Shown: piece after piece, positions 61,609 through 64,000 of the stretch
Layout of the letters: each line of letters opens with the position of its first letter
Numbering within the stretch: position 1 is the first letter of the stretch
Virus record (IMG/VR): IMGVR_UViG_3300006028_000001
Span: 33,470 to 97,469 of that record
Origin: a virus
Direction: 5' to 3' (one strand)
DNA length: 64,000 nt
The notes under the pieces: generated by a model
What the model was told of the DNA's origin: nothing
Database searches by the model: none
Seen by the model: the letters and a program-made list of their open reading frames with translations, nothing else
Program-made: the position numbers and the translations under genes

Positions 61609-62861
61609 GCACCGCAACCCTCGACCGCCCGGCCGTCCTCGACGAGACCGCGTTCACGGCGCTGTGGAGCGAACACGCCGCCATCACCCGATACATCGCC
61701 CGGCATGTGCCGCACAACGAGGCCGCCGACCTGGCCGACGAAACGTTCACCCGCGCCTGGGCCGGCCGGCACACCTACCGCCCCGGCGCCGGCAGCCCCA
61801 CCGGATGGCTGTACGCCATCGCCGGGCGGGTCGTCGCCGACCACTACCGCACCGCCGGCCGGCGTGTGCACACCGTCGGCATCTGGCCCGACCACGACGA
61901 CGCCGACCACACCGACGTGGCCGCCGACACCGTGTCGGACGCGGCCGTGGCCGAACTGCTCGCGGCGCTGCCGGAGCGGCAGCGGCTGGTGCTGATCCGC
62001 CGCATCCTGCAGGACCAGCCGGTCGCTGCGGTTGCCGCCGAGCTGGACTGCACCCAGGGCACCGTCAAGTCGCTGGCGCATCGCGCCCTCGTCGCGCTGC
62101 GCGCCCTGCTGGCCCCCGCACCGGAGCCGGTCGCGGTCGAGCCGGCCCCCGAACCCGTCGTCGCCCCGGTGACGCCGCCTGCCCCCGAACCCCGGAGTCC
62201 CCATGCCGTTACCCCAACTCGCCCTCGCTGCGCTCGTGGCAGCCGGCGGCCTTCTGGTTGTGCTCGGCCCACTGGCCGTGGCCCGCTACGTCAGCGGCCG
62301 GTCGGCCGCCCCGGTGCAGCCGCCGCCGGAGGGATCCAAGCTCTGGTATCCCGACATCCATTCCACCGCCCCGACCTCACCGGATGTGGCCGGCATGGAG
62401 CCGCCGCCGAAGCCGTGGGAGGTGGACTGGGACCGCCTGGATCTGGAACGCCGGGTGACCGACGCCATCGTGCCCGAGCAGCGGCAGGACGCCTCGTGAC
62501 CGCCGCGCAGATGTGGGCGACCATCCTCCTCGCCGCCGCGTTCGCCGCCGTGGCGGCCGTCGGGTGGCTGTGGGCGAGCCGGGATCCCCAAAGCAGACGC
62601 GACAGCCGGGCGGCCTTCGACGAGCTGCACCAGCTCAACGAGCGGCGGCAGAAGGAAATCGGCACCCTCGCGATCTTCCAGCGCACCCCGGTCGGCGCAG
62701 ACCTGGTCGCCACCGCGGCAGCGCCGCCGACTGTCCCGGGCATCGAGTTCGAACGCACGCAGCGGCTCGAACCGAAGCCGATTCCGCAGGATGTCGTCGA
62801 CCACGTCGAGTTGTGGCGGCAGGCCAACACCGGACGCCACTGGGCTGGTGAGCAGTCGTGA
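61605..62861 (+). CDS. ECF sigma factor (residues ~1-170); frame stays open into a downstream TM protein
   Basis: Region 2 AADLADETFTRAW...GWLYAIA...DHYR; region 4 LPERQRLVL...VAAELDCTQGTVKSLAHRAL. Confidence 0.85.
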   Translation: MSTATLDRPAVLDETAFTALWSEHAAITRYIARHVPHNEAADLADETFTRAWAGRHTYRPGAGSPTGWLYAIAGRVVADHYRTAGRRVHTVGIWPDHDDADHTDVAADTVSDAAVAELLAALPERQRLVLIRRILQDQPVAAVAAELDCTQGTVKSLAHRALVALRALLAPAPEPVAVEPAPEPVVAPVTPPAPEPRSPHAVTPTRPRCARGSRRPSGCARPTGRGPLRQRPVGRPGAAAAGGIQALVSRHPFHRPDLTGCGRHGAAAEAVGGGLGPPGSGTPGDRRHRARAAAGRLVTAAQMWATILLAAAFAAVAAVGWLWASRDPQSRRDSRAAFDELHQLNERRQKEIGTLAIFQRTPVGADLVATAAAPPTVPGIEFERTQRLEPKPIPQDVVDHVELWRQANTGRHWAGEQS

Positions 62862-63480
62862 CCATCAGCCTGCCAACCCGGCGCGGGGTTCACCGGGGCC
62901 GCGTCATCTCCAACGTCGCCGTGATCGACCTGCCGAGGGTCGTGCGCACCAACATGTTCCAGGTCGACCAGTACGGCGGCCGCCTGGAAGCCCACGACCT
63001 CGGCGCCGACGGCATCAACACCCGCTGCGGGACCGGCGTGGCCCTGCTGGACATCATCGCCACGGTTGAAATCCGCGAACGCCGCCCGTGGTGGTGCGTC
63101 GGGTGTTGGCCCACCGACCGGTACTGCCACTGCGGCTGCCCATCCGGGCAGGACACGGTGTGCAGCTTGTGCGGTGCCGTGGCGCAGGACGCCGACGACC
63201 GGATCGCGGGGGCTGACTCGTGAGCGGCGGGGTGGTCGTCGCAGCCGTCACCGTGGGCGCGCTGGCTGTTGTCGGTGTGGCGTTGGTGATCGCCGCCGGC
63301 AACCGCGCCGTCGACACCGCAATCGCCCAGGCTGGTCTGTCGCCCCATTGGCAGGCCGACTTCGGCGACGACGGCCGGTCAGATGACGAGGTGCTGGACG
63401 CAATCGGCGCCGACGATCCCGACCTGGCTGACCTGATCGCCCGCATCGATCAGGAGCTCGCGCGAGGCGGTGGGGCATGA
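62203..63480 (+). CDS. Small early genes (62203-62499 TM, 62496-62861 TM, 62858-63223 Cys-rich, 63220-63480 TM)
   Basis: GGAG RBS at 62194; GTGA overlaps. Confidence 0.6.
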
Positions 63481-64000
63481 CCATGACCACCAGCATCGTC
63501 GCCGAGCTACGCGACGGACCCGTCCACCGGCACCGCCAAGACGGCAGCATGTGGTACATCCCGCCACGCACCGGCCAGCGGCTCATCTCCGTCACATCGG
63601 TGTTCGACTTCATCGCCAAGGAGCAACTGGACAAGCGCTGGCGGCCGGGCCTGTCCGCCGCAGCGGCGTTCGACGAACTGCCCCGGGTGGTGGCGGCCAG
63701 TCGCATCAAGCCGTGCGGGCGGACAAACAACGAATGCGACCACGACTTCCAGGTGTCCTGCGCGGCCTGCCCCTGTGGTGACTGCAAGGCGTGCCTGGTC
63801 CGGTGGCTGACCTACCGACACTACGCCGAGACGAAGAAGGCCCGCGATCGTGGATCAGCCATGCACCACTGGATCGAAAACTGGGTCAAGTTCGAAGGCA
63901 AGGTGTCGCAGCCGGATCCGGCCGAGGAGTGCGCGCCGTACGTCGCGTCGTTCCTGCAGTTCACCGAGGACATGGGCCTGACCCCGGATTCGTGGGAGAT
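63477..64000 (+). CDS. RecB/PD-(D/E)XK-like phage exonuclease, N-terminal part (truncated by window)
   Basis: ATGA overlap; WY...LISVTSV...K..L..W and ARDRGSAMH..IE motifs. Confidence 0.7.
   Translation, partial: MTMTTSIVAELRDGPVHRHRQDGSMWYIPPRTGQRLISVTSVFDFIAKEQLDKRWRPGLSAAAAFDELPRVVAASRIKPCGRTNNECDHDFQVSCAACPCGDCKACLVRWLTYRHYAETKKARDRGSAMHHWIENWVKFEGKVSQPDPAEECAPYVASFLQFTEDMGLTPDSWE

Larger units (their letters stand above)
1..64000. mobile_element. Temperate actinobacteriophage (siphovirus-like) genome segment, apparently excised/attP form
   Basis: Contiguous capsid-neck-tail-TMP-lysis genes, integrase, repressor/cro pair, att core internal to phage genes, no host housekeeping genes. Confidence 0.93.

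Overview
The whole window looks like part of a high-GC (~70%) temperate siphophage of a filamentous actinomycete. A Micromonosporaceae-like host is inferred, not shown. The phage appears to be in non-integrated form, because an attP-like 3' half of tRNA-Ala(GGC) sits beside the tyrosine integrase with phage genes on both sides. Gene order: capsid, neck and tail genes (1-15.3 kb); lysis and morons (15.3-22.5 kb); a leftward 13-kb block resembling an actinomycete conjugative (AICE/plasmid) transfer module with a TraB/FtsK-like ATPase, DUF2637/Spd-like membrane proteins and a Nudix hydrolase (22.8-35.6 kb); an XRE-Nudix-like regulator; a replication initiator with internal iterons under a BldC-like gene (43-44.7 kb); two converging arrays of small accessory genes (44.8-56.7 kb); attP-int-repressor-cro; and early genes with an ECF sigma factor and an exonuclease. 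Best leads: (1) a tailed phage that may also spread by TraB-type conjugation, with a candidate cis-acting repeat locus inside the Spd-like gene; (2) an anticodon-less tRNA-mimic RNA with two T-loops, antisense to the lysis region; (3) homologues of host developmental regulators (BldB-like, BldC-like, ECF sigma, site-2 protease); (4) ten near-identical GGAGGRCTGA gene junctions; (5) a +1 rather than -1 tail chaperone frameshift. All family calls are by eye from motifs; no searches were run.
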